From NCBI GenBank assembly GCA_021613535.1, contig CP075496.1:11036001-11100000 (forward strand): a DNA stretch of 64,000 nt. Direction: 5' to 3'. This document shows positions 1 through 11,629 of this stretch, in pieces. The position numbers and the translations under genes are program-made. The stretch is from Adineta vaga. Taxonomy: Eukaryota; Animalia; Rotifera. Position 1 is the stretch's first letter. Each line of letters starts with the position of its first letter. The notes below the pieces were generated by a model. That model made no database searches and was not told where the DNA came from. It was given only the letters and a program-made list of their open reading frames with translations.

Positions 1-1308
1 ATTGTAATTACATACAGAGAACAAAACAATTATTTTAACAGTTGACAATTTCATATGACACCTGTACGGATAAATATTATATAAATGACAGACGATTTTT
101 GTCGTTAATAATATTTATTGCGTCGAACGAAAACATATCAAAGTACGTAGATATTTTGTTTGATTTAGCCGTATTATTGTTAGTACAAAGAAATATTTCT
201 AGGGCAAAGTATATTCGAGGTATTGACGTTAAAAGGTGATGACATGAATTGAAATGAACTTTCTTAATCGGAAACATTTTCAATTCCTTTTTCTACTCTT
301 CTCTTCTCGTTTCGTTTCTTTAACAAAGCATGAAAAAAATTTATTTAAGGATTTAAGAAAATTGCCCTTGTTTAAGTCACATACACGGTAGTTATTAAAT
401 GATGCAGACACTGCTTATCGTATACATCGTGTATATTTTCATTAACAGTATCTCATTTTAAAGCTCGAATCACATTTAGAAAAGTGCTTGTCTAAAGAGA
501 GTGAAGCATGACTAAATGATATCTTAATATTCATCTATAAAATACAGATAAAGAAATATCATACTAGGCAGAGGTAAGTCTCTCTATATTTCACTTTTTT
601 TCCTGTTCTATCAAATATTATTGAGAATGATAGGAAAAAATTGCATTGTAGACGCCTTCATTTCTGTCTCATCATCGAAGTGTCATGTATTGATGGCTAA
701 TGGCAAGTATGGCCTGCCTAAATGAAACAAATCATACGATTGAATGCGGCGCGAAAAGAAAAAGAAAATGAATGTATAAATGGATAGATGTTTATCTATG
801 TGCTGCTATATCGTGCCCATCAATCATATATAAAATATATATATGTGATTTGAAGGCAAGAAAACGTCAACACAGAAAAAGGAAGAATGAAAGAAGATTT
901 GATGACGTCAATATTTGATAGACAATAGCTCATTAAAACCAATGTTCGTTTTCTTTTTTTTTTTTTTGAAAAACTGTCTTTTGATTTTGACCATGTCTGT
1001 TTGACAGAACAGAAAACAGGTAAGTATAGTTCTTTCTTTCCTCTCTTTCTTTTCGTATATTTGTATATATGTGTACATTTATGATCATAAACGTAATTAG
1101 ACGCCGCTCTTATGCTATTCATTGAAGCATGAATAAATGTATGGACGAATGTCTCTAGTTCAGATCATTTCATTTCATTCAGAAGCACACAAAGATGACC
1201 TCTTTGCTGTACCTGAATTACAAAATATATCTTGTCTTTTCTCTTTCATTGGTTTTAAGCACAAAGACGTCTTGATTATTCTATTCTCTTATTTCTACTC
1301 CTATAGAT

Positions 1309-2550
1309 ATGACTACTCGGGTCATTGATAGTCAATGGACAATTGAGTCTGTTCCATGGAGTATGCCACCACCACCACAACTTGTTTCAAGTAAAAATAA
1401 TTCACCTACCAATGCTTTTGGTGATTATATTTATCCAAAAAGTGAACGATTAGTAAGATCAATTGATTTCGTTTTTTGTTTTTGTCTAGTTTTGTTGATT
1501 AATTTCTTGTAGACGCCGACATATATGGGTAGTAATTTCCTTGAATTTCACAAGCTCTATAGCGATCGATCATTAATAACACCCAAACTACCAACAATAC
1601 AAAATGCAAACAAAATAATTAAAAAAACATTCAATCGAGAGTACCGAACATTAAATTGTTTGGGTAAGGGCGGTTTTGGACAAGCATTTGATGGACGACG
1701 ACGATCAGATAATACACAGGTTGTTATTAAATTTCTACCAAAAGATCGTATACTCAATTGGGGAACGTTCGATGGAGTATGCAAACGAATTTATTTCATT
1801 TCAAAAATCAATAAGAAAAGTTTTTTCATTTTCTTCTTCTGTAGAAACGTGTACCATATGAAATTGAAATTCTTTGGCGTCTTCGTGGTGTACCCGGTGT
1901 AATAAAAATCTTAGAACATTTTGAAGAACCAGATCGTTTTATTTATGTAATGGAGAAGATTCCTAATTCGTGTACACTATTCGATTTTGTGATGAAAAGT
2001 CCACCATTAGCAAATACAGAATTATTACGTCATATCTTTCGAGAAATCGTTCGTATTAATGTCACATTACAAATGTATGGTGTTTGGCATCGGGATTGTA
2101 AACCAGAGAATATAATTTATTGTAAGAATGATCGTTCATTACGTTTCATTGATTTCGGATCAGCTGCACCTGTTCAAGCAGAAGATTTTCATGAATTTCA
2201 AGTAAATTTTATCATTTTATTTTATCAAAATATATATACATTTTTCTCTTCCTTGGTTTTCTTAGGGTACTTTAGAAATTATGGTACCAGAATGGATAGT
2301 TCAACGACGTTATAATGGTGAAAAAGCATGTGTATGGACAATAGGTGTATGTCTTTTCTTTCTTCTTCATCGTCAATATCCTTTTCGTACAAAACCTGAT
2401 ATTGTCAAAGGACGATCAAATTTAGCGAATCAAGGCGCATTAGATAAAGACGCTTATCATACGATGAAACAATGTTTAAATGGAAACGAAAATCGACGTC
2501 CGAACTTGAATAGTCTTCAATATTTGCCATGGCTCAATATACCGTATTAG
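1309..2550 (+). CDS. PIM: PIM-family Ser/Thr protein kinase (4 coding exons)
   Basis: Spliced ORFs give GKGGFG, VVIK, HRDCKPEN, DFG and GTLEIMVPEWIVQRRYNGEKACVWTIG. The last matches the PIM pattern (PPEWI..xRYxG..AxVW, no subdomain IX Asp). GT-AG introns at 1453-1512, ~1778-1844 and ~2202-2266. Probable 5'UTR donors GTAAGT near 573 and 1020. Confidence 0.85.
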
Positions 2551-4138
2551 AATGATCATCAAAAAAGTTTATCACGAAAGAAAACAAAGCACAAATTCAA
2601 TTGAAAATAAAAGCGAAATTATTTGTATATTGTCTCAGATATGATTATGGAAAGTCACTTGAAACGATTCTGTTCTTTTTCTTTGATTACTTTATTAATG
2701 ACTAGTTATTGTCACAACCTTGAAGAGTAATAAGCATATTTTATATACAAGTTGAATAAATATGGAAAAACAAGAAAAATATATGGAAATAAATATTCAA
2801 ATATGTTTATTTCAATTTCTTTCGTCTGTTTTTTTTCTTCTTCTTTTTCGATGGCTAGAAATGAGAAAGACATTTTCATATGCTTCTCATTGTTTGTTTT
2901 CTTCTTCTTCTTCTTCTTATAATTAATTGCAAAAACAGATAAAATTTTTTTTGCTAATAAAAATTCTAGTGAAAAAAGAGAGATGAAAGAGAAAAACATA
3001 TTTTTCTTCGATCATGTTTAACTAAAATAACTTCATCTGGAGCGTGAAATTAGTATAACCACTGAAACAAATTTTCTCAGTCTTTCATTACTCGTTCTTA
3101 TCACTGCGGTTTAATTAATATAAAAAGAAAAAGGGAGAAGAAAAATTAATTTTTCCTTTCCTATCTTTAACGATCTCGATGTAATATAGATCAAAACAAC
3201 AACAACAACAACATGTTGAAATTAAATATTCAACTTATATTAATCTAAATAAATGTCATTTAAACATATATTTCATTAAAATTTCTTGTAGAATTATTGT
3301 TTAAATAGCAAACAGACAAATCATTTTGAAAAGAACTAACATATGGAATTATTGATAAACATATATGTCATTGTCAATGTAATAAAAGTAAAACAGAAAC
3401 GTTTCTTTCGATGGAATTATTCGTTTGAATATAAATAAAATATTGCTATTTTATTTTCACTATTTCATGGATATCTTTTTTTCAATAGAAAACAACAAAT
3501 GATTTGATATAATCAGGAAAAATACTATTAGAAAAGAAAGATTGTATCCATCTATCTTCACTCTATCACATGTTGATAGAACTTCGTCATTGATATTTGA
3601 TAACCGATACAAAAAGAGAAATCTATTTCATGAGTCAACAATTATCAATTAACTATTCATTGGAATTATTTTCATGCGTAACTATCATCTTTGTCAATTA
3701 AAAACGAAAATAAACTTCCTTCTATTTTTATTTTGCGCAAAAGAAAAACTTTTCATGAAGAACAAAACAAATAAACATATATTGGTACATTGAAGGAACG
3801 AGAATCAAGTAAAATTCATCACAATTTCTGTTTCTTTCTTGATTTTGTCTTCTGATAAATGTCACAAAACAAACAACATAGAAAAAAAGAGAGAAGAAAG
3901 TTATCGTCAAAAAGCAAAGAAATGTAAAGAATTATCAATGAATACATAGATGTGAGACATAGAGAAAAAGAAGATGAAGACGAAAAAATGAAAACAATAA
4001 CAAAAAAAGAAGATGAAATGGACTTACGAATAAAATACATTGCTTGTAGATGAATAATATAAAGCACAAAATAGAAAAGTTTAGATGATTTATCACCGGT
4101 CTTTGTGCGTCAGATGTGAAATAAATAGATGATTATTT

Positions 4139-6613
4139 CTAGAATTCATTCACTTCTTGTTTAATACCAAGTAGATTTTCAGGTTCAGGTTCATTTTCAC
4201 TTTGTTTACCATCATCACTATCATCATTATCATGTGTATTATTTGCTGTTTGACCTGCCATTAAAGGTTCCATCACTGTTTGCATAGCTTGTTGTAAAAA
4301 CTTCGCTGCTGCTTCTGGATCAGATGGTAGAGTAGGTGGAAGTTGGCCTGGCTGCTGTTGTTGTTGTTGTTGTAACATCGGTGAAAGCCATGCAGCTTGT
4401 GATGCTAAATAATATGACCAAGCTAATAAGAAACGATAATCTGGTGGAACTGTTGTTCCTGGTGGTAATATTGGCATATTATTTGTCGATGGTATAGATG
4501 CTTTTGATACAGGTGTTTGTGGAGGGGTTGAAATGACAACATCAGTTGGTGAAGGTGAGGATAATTGTTGAACAGAATGTTCAATTGGTATTTCACTTTT
4601 ATTTGATTGATTCTTTACTGTTTTAACATTACGTGATGGAACTTTCACACGACGAGTGTCGATAACTTTAAATTGATCTAAAGAGATACATATAGGTATT
4701 TATAATAACGATGAAAATAACGTAGTTATATATGACAATTTACTTTTTTCATCATCTCTTTTCGCTCGATTAACGTAATACTTTGTTACATCGGCTTTGT
4801 TTTGAATAAAATTACGTGCCATACCCGCATGTTTGTATTTAATATGATATGTTGCTGCATATCGTGTAAAGATTTCTTCACCACAATATCCACATCTAAA
4901 ATACGATCAAATTTATGTCTTGAACATTCGTAAGTAAGCGTTCACATTTGTTCAATATTTTGAACGATTCTGAATCTTTTCATTTCAATTATTTTTCAAT
5001 GAAAATGAATCTTAGTGTGTTATCGTGAAATGGCTGATGAATTCAATAGTTTTCAATTTCTAAACACTATTATGATGAAAAGAAAAGCTTATGATAGAAT
5101 TTCATTCACACGTGCCATTTATTGGTTAGACTGTATTTGATTTTTCTTATATTGACAATCGACTGAATCGTTTCATTGTATATGCTGTTAATTTTCAAAG
5201 CAACATCAAATAAAATTCTCGGCAAGGCGAGTAATACAAATAACTTCTCTTTCACTCTCTTTTAACTTGGCTATTAAATGAACAAGTGGAGCCGGATATT
5301 TATATTTGTTTTAAGAAAGAATCAGAGAGAACAAAATGATGATAATGAACAGACAGTCAATCAACCGTCGTTTGTCAATATGAAGAATATTTTGAAGGAG
5401 AAAAAGAGAGAAGGAGAGACAAAGATCAAAGTAACTCACTTGTATGGCTTTTCATTTGTATGTACAAAAACGTGATCTTCCATGCTCGGTCGATGATTTG
5501 TCGTGTAAGAACATAATTTACATGCATACCTAGTTAATAATATTGTTTTCAATAAAACGTGTAAACGATGAAACCTTAGAAGAATGTTTACTTACTGTTT
5601 ATCTGGTTCATACAAAGAACCATAATACTGTTTAGGACGATTATAGACAAGAAGATATTCTGAACCATCTAGAAAAACGAGAACAAGAAAATAACAATGA
5701 ACAGTTTCAAATTGAATTTTACCATCAGAATCTGATTCTTTTGTATTAGATGCTGTTGATTCAATTATCGGGATCTGAAGGTGTGGAAGCTTTAATTTTA
5801 ATGATGGTTTAACCATAGTTGGTGATGGATCATAAAGATTTGTTGATGTTCGTTGTTCTTCATTTCCAAATGTAATTGGTTCAAGATTTTCTGTTTCACT
5901 TGTATCATCACTTCCGGGCAAAGATTCATTCTCATCGTCCACTATCGTCTTTAATGATATAGCGACACCATTGATAGGTGCTGATTCACTATCATACTGA
6001 TTAGAACAACGTTGTTTTTAATTTGTGGCTCTTGTGTTACCATAGTTGCGACTGCTGTAGTAGCGGTTACAGTACTAATCGTATTCGAATTCGATGCAGA
6101 TGTGATTTCTGAGCTATTTAAATCTCGATAAAAATCTTGTTCACGGACACGATTTTCAATAATTTTCACTTCCATATTTGGATGACAAAGTTCAATATGT
6201 ACCATAATGGTTGATTTTGTTGTTGACTTATGTCCACAATATGCACATGCGTATGGTGTTAAATCCGTATGACGATAAATATGATTTTGCATAAGTGATG
6301 TTGATGGTGCTTTATAATCACAATGTTTACATTGAAAACGAAGAGGTCGTTTATTGGATGATACAGTTCCTGTTTGTTGTGTTTTAATCGTACCTGATGT
6401 ATCTAACATTCGCTTATTAGTTGGAAAATGTTGTTTGGGTGATGTCATTAACGACGATGATGTTGAAGATGATGATGGAGAAAGTAAACTAGAAAGATTT
6501 TGATTTTGTTTGAGAATTATTTCATTAGATGATGATGATTTTTTTTTCACACTTAAATCCAATACATCATCATGATTATCTTCATCATCGGTTATAGCTT
6601 GTGCTATTTTCAT
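4139..6613 (-). CDS. C2H2 zinc-finger transcription factor with two finger pairs and a Q/P-rich C-terminus
   Basis: Fingers CKHC..HIYRH and CAYC..HIELCH in the 5951-6613 ORF. Small spliced exons add YACKLCSYTTNHRPSMEDHVFVHTNEKPYK (~5530-5440) and CGYCGEEIFTRYAATYHIKYKH (~4895-4745). The frame changes near 6015-6040 (see findings). Confidence 0.85.
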
Positions 6614-6849
6614 GATCTACAATTCTTTAAAACAAAAAAAGAGAAAAAAAAAGTTTGATTTAATATGAACAAGTGTATATCAGAAGACATAAAAAAAAGT
6701 ATAGAAAGAACAATATCAACATGTTCTCCACCTACTTCTTTTTATTACTTACTACTCCTGATGTTGTGTATATACAACCCTAGTTTTTATTATATTCTTG
6801 CGCGTGGTTTGTTTACTCAGTTTAGCAAACAAGACCCGACGCTTTCTTC

Positions 6850-6880
6850 TCTTTCTTCTTCTTCTTCTTCTTCTTCTTCT
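6850..6880. repeat. (TCT)n microsatellite
   Basis: About 9 tandem TCT units upstream of the zinc-finger ATG. Confidence 0.9.
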
Positions 6881-9800
6881 ACCACTACTTATAGTTTAGA
6901 CTCTTGCTGCTTCGTTTTTGCGGCACAAGAAGGAGAGCGATATATTTATATATGTATGCACGTTTACTTTTTCTCTTCTCCTCTTATTTCTATACAGTAA
7001 TGTGTATAGATCAATTTCAAAGCATGCAAAAAAAATTTTAATCATCATTCAATGCTTATACTCACTTGATTAACAATGTTCGCAAAAGCTTTAAAGAAAA
7101 TGTGTGAGAGAGAGAGAAAGACGGCTAGATTTTGAAAGAGATGTTGTTGATATATATTATATACATAATAGGCGCGTTTGCCAATGTTTATATAGTGAAT
7201 AATTTTCAAAATAGTGGTACACGATAAGTAAATATTGAACAATTACTAATAAACATCGTACAACAACAGAGCTTACCTTCAAACTAGTATATATATATAT
7301 CTTTGTATATTTGTAATGTAATGAAAAAAGTGTTGTCTTTTCTTTTTTTTAAACAAGAATATATCTCAGGTAAAAGTAAGAAGAAATAAAACGAAAGACA
7401 AGCAAAATGACGATGAGTAAACAAACTCTTAAAGATGATAATTGTCAAGTGCGTTTGACAAATGGACGCAAGAAAGCGAATGAGAAGGATGTTTACATAA
7501 TATAATCAGACTTACAAATATGAATAGAACAAACTTCTTCCTTTCTTTCTTTCTCTCTCTCTCTATCGTTTTTTCTTCTTCTTTCAACATATTGATGGAG
7601 ACTAGAGAAAAAACGAATAATGAAGAAGCAAAAAAAAGCAGGAAGAAAAAATGTTAATAAAAGAAAAATGGTTTTACTTATTTATTTATAAATCGTGATG
7701 AAGGAACACAAAACCTGACATACGGGAAACAGCACCATCAGGTACTGTTTATTTTTACTAGCACATACAGAAATATGCGTGCGCAAACATTGTCCAAGCG
7801 TCTTTTTTTATTCTTGATTAAAAAAATTGTGCGAGACAGAATGTGAACATGATGAATTGTTTGAAAGATTTGATTTCAAACTTTTCTTTTTATTATTAGA
7901 TATGGTAGAAATAAATATATCGAGAAGTTTTATTTGTTTGAAACCGTCTACATCCATTGTTTGCCAATCGAAAAAAAAACGCTGCCTTCATCTTTTTCTT
8001 TCTTTTTGCTCGGTATTATTGTCACTTCAATCGAATACACAGAGAAAAAAACGATATCTCTCTTCCTCTTATTCTCTTCTACTCGGATTTTTCTTCTTTA
8101 CCAACTCAAGAAGATTTTTGTCGATATATCCACTTTTTTCATCACTCTCTCTCTCTTTCTGTTTGATAAAGCTTTGTGTAAATTGTGTGCATTTTCATCG
8201 AACGTCTCTCTCTCTCTGTCTTGCTCTGCTCCTTTATTCTGATGCTGTTTGAAAAAAGCAGATGGCGTCTCTCCTGTATGCATATACGTGTGTTTACTCC
8301 TTCTCCCTGTATGTGTATGTGTCTCTCTCCTTCAACGTCGCCGTCATTTAAATATTTTGGGTTAAGAATACGAATAGTGAAGGGAAGTGTAATCCGTCGT
8401 TGACGATTGTGATCAAATTTCGAAGTGCAAGAGCGCACGCGCATATTCCGTAAATCCTCACTTTCTGTTTATTTTTATGAAATTTTGTTGCGCCAGCAAC
8501 TAAAAAGAGTAATTGCTTTTGTCGAACGGATAAAGAGAAAGAACATGAGTGAGTTATTTGAGAAGTTGTCATCCGTTGCGCGTGCACACATACAATTGTT
8601 CTACTAGATTGGGATTTACATTGACTGATAAGGGAAGAAAAAAGACGAGAAGCATGATTTAACTTTGCCGATAAGTAAAACAAAAAGAAAGGAATGATGA
8701 AAGGAGAGTGGCAGAGCGAGGTAAAGAGAGAGAGAGAGAAATGAGGAGAACATTTTTTGATGAAGTAGGTATAAAGTTCGTTTTGTGTATTTTATCGATA
8801 TCGATCATAAAATTCAAATGGTTTGTCAAAAGGATGAGAGAAGACCGATGTTCGATTCTTACCTTCTAAATAGTGCTAATTCATCTCATTACAACACATC
8901 GATTTCAAATGCAAGCAAATGAATGAAGTTGTCGGGTGACGTGTGTATACATTGACATTATATTAGAGCATTTGCTTGCTCTTTCTCTCTTTAGCAAAGA
9001 AAAGACTCAAACACACACACACAAAATCAAACAACTCTTTCTCTCTTTTCAAAAAAAAAATGAAGAAAATGATGAAGAGATTGGATGATCAGCAGCACAA
9101 TGATTTGCACTTGTCGTAGGCGCTTGTGATGTCATACAATGTACGCATCTATATAGGCGGTTGACACAATAAAATACTCTTTTTAGATTATAATGCGAGT
9201 TGTTATCAGTGTAGAACATAACAACGGTGCGTTTTTCCTGTTTACTCGCATCGTTACCCCATTGCCTGTAAATAATCAGGATGGCAGACTTTGTATATGC
9301 AAAAGACACTTTAAACCGAACGGCAAAAAAAAACGAGAAAATGTACATATGACGATAAAAAAATCGAAAGTGGATGAAGCAGAGACGAATGAAGAAATAA
9401 AAACCAAACAAAGAAGAGAGAGAGAAGAAGCGTTGAAAAATAATGAAATGAATGTCAAGCATTTGCAATTGTGATTATATCTATGTTTGATCGAAGCCTG
9501 AAGCTCTTTTTTTTCGTACTATTGATTTGTTTTTTGATAGAATAACTTAAATGAAAAGTATCTATTCCTTTTCTTTTTTTTCTATTGAAGATATTCGACG
9601 ATATATTGTACTCAATTGAAGTTGATATTCAAAGATAAGCTTGTTTGATATTTCTTAAGTGTAAGTCAATCGGACAGACAAAGAGTACGACTAAACGATG
9701 GATATGTACGAATTCTATTTTATGGATCATTCACAATGAAGAGAAAAAAGTAATTGCCAGATTGAATTGTCTAAGAACACGAACTTTCAATTGAAAAAAA

Positions 9801-10632
9801 TAGATTTTAATTGTATTTAAGAAGTTTTTCGAATCAGAATGGTTCATTTTAAATGATATAATGATGTGAGATGAATGTTAATTGTCAACAATAGTCTTAG
9901 TTGCTTCGTTTCAATTGTCTATGAAGCATCAGTATACATTTATGAATAGAAATAAGCCTTTTTACCTTTGACAAGGACTTTGAAAGTTTCATTTTTATAT
10001 ACATGAAGTTTAAATAAACAAATTTAGTTTCATTTACATTTGTTTTCAAAGTGACATTGATTTCATCACTAAGTTCAATAAATTGATCATTATCAATGGT
10101 TAAAAAATCTATTTCATTGATATCATTTACCTGAAACGATCAGTTTGACTTTTGTCCTCGTTTTTCTCACTTTTCGTTGAGTGTCTTCATCAATAAGGTC
10201 ATGTCAAACTATCATTTGTCCATACACACAAGAAAGAAAAGTGTCTTAGGACAAAGTAATGACTGTATAGATATTCGATGTTAATTTCTATTTTTAAAAC
10301 AGCTGAGTTTTTTGTCTAAGGATAAGAATATGTATTAGTCGATTAGATAAATATTTACAAGGAACTATTAGTTTCTCAACAAATGTCGTTATTTTGAAGA
10401 TGTGACGTTGCTGAGAATTCTGTATCAAAGAAATCGTTAGCCTCGCGAAACAAATCCGGAAAATCAATTGATTCGAATGGAGACATCTCATCCTCTTTCA
10501 TTGTTCAGTCGATGATAGTCTATCATATAATTTTGATTGCATTGATACAACAGGTGACGAAATGAATACATACGATTCTTCAGATTTCTAAATAATACAG
10601 ATTAATTCAAAAAATAAAATCTCAATTCTATT

Positions 10633-11439
10633 CTATCTTACACTTGATTTTAATTTGTGTTTATAATCTTCAAGACGTTTTTCAATCAATGGATTTCGAA
10701 TAATCATTTGTAAAATTGCAAGATTAACAGTCTTTCTATGTTTTGTTAATTCATCTTCATCATGATTTTCTTTACTAAAATTTTGTTTTAAACGATCGGA
10801 CTCAATCAAATACTCGCGAATATCTGATAAAGAACTTGATATTCGTTTTCGATACTTATGAATATATTCGAGGGATTGATTTTGATAAGATGAACTGAAT
10901 AGAATGAATCGAAGTTTTTCCATTCCACGTTTTAATTTCATTATAATTTGAAAAATTCTTGAACGAAGTTTTTCATGTTTATAAAAATTATTTTCAATGA
11001 ATTTTTCGTTGATTTGTTTCATATCTGCATATGGACTAGTTGATTCATGGTCATAATAAGTCGGCAGTTCAGATGGATTCAATAAAACTGCTATTCTCAT
11101 CAATTCATATTTTATCCGTTTATGTTGAATATCATTTTCGAGATTTTTATCTAATAATTCATCAAATTGTGTAATGATGACATGCATATCGGTATGCATT
11201 GAAATTAAACTTTTAGCTAATTGATCATGCCATGTAGTGATATCATTTTCGATATTAGTTAAACTGGAATGTGGTGTAAGATTATCATCGGAATCGTCAT
11301 CGTTGGAACTAAGTTCTACTTGAACATTTTTCGAGAAGAGATATGATTGAAAAGAAACATTAGGCGAAGTCGACGAGTTGATAATCAAAGTATTGACGAG
11401 CATCGTTCGTTTAGATGATTTGTTTTGACATGTATGCAT
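10633..11439 (-). CDS. Hypothetical intronless 268-aa helical protein
   Basis: Uninterrupted 807-nt ORF in AT-rich DNA with protein-like composition (acidic patch, amphipathic helices). No motif recognised. Confidence 0.7.
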   Translation of the reverse strand: MHTCQNKSSKRTMLVNTLIINSSTSPNVSFQSYLFSKNVQVELSSNDDDSDDNLTPHSSLTNIENDITTWHDQLAKSLISMHTDMHVIITQFDELLDKNLENDIQHKRIKYELMRIAVLLNPSELPTYYDHESTSPYADMKQINEKFIENNFYKHEKLRSRIFQIIMKLKRGMEKLRFILFSSSYQNQSLEYIHKYRKRISSSLSDIREYLIESDRLKQNFSKENHDEDELTKHRKTVNLAILQMIIRNPLIEKRLEDYKHKLKSSVR

Positions 11440-11629
11440 CTATCATATATCGATTCATGCTTGATTTATTTCGTTTTTAATGAAAGAAAAGAAAAAAGAA
11501 AAGAAAATGCGAAGTAGACTAAATTGCAACATGAAAAATGGTAATAATATCGGATTTGATACATTTTGTGTCATGATAGAATACTTTGATTTATTTATTT
11601 ATTTACTGATGAAAAACGAAACAAAAGAT

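Noticed and set aside
7827-9474. Numerous overlapping 60-140 aa ORFs
   Set aside because: Low-complexity F/L/S or K/R/E translations of CT/GA tracts in a regulatory region.
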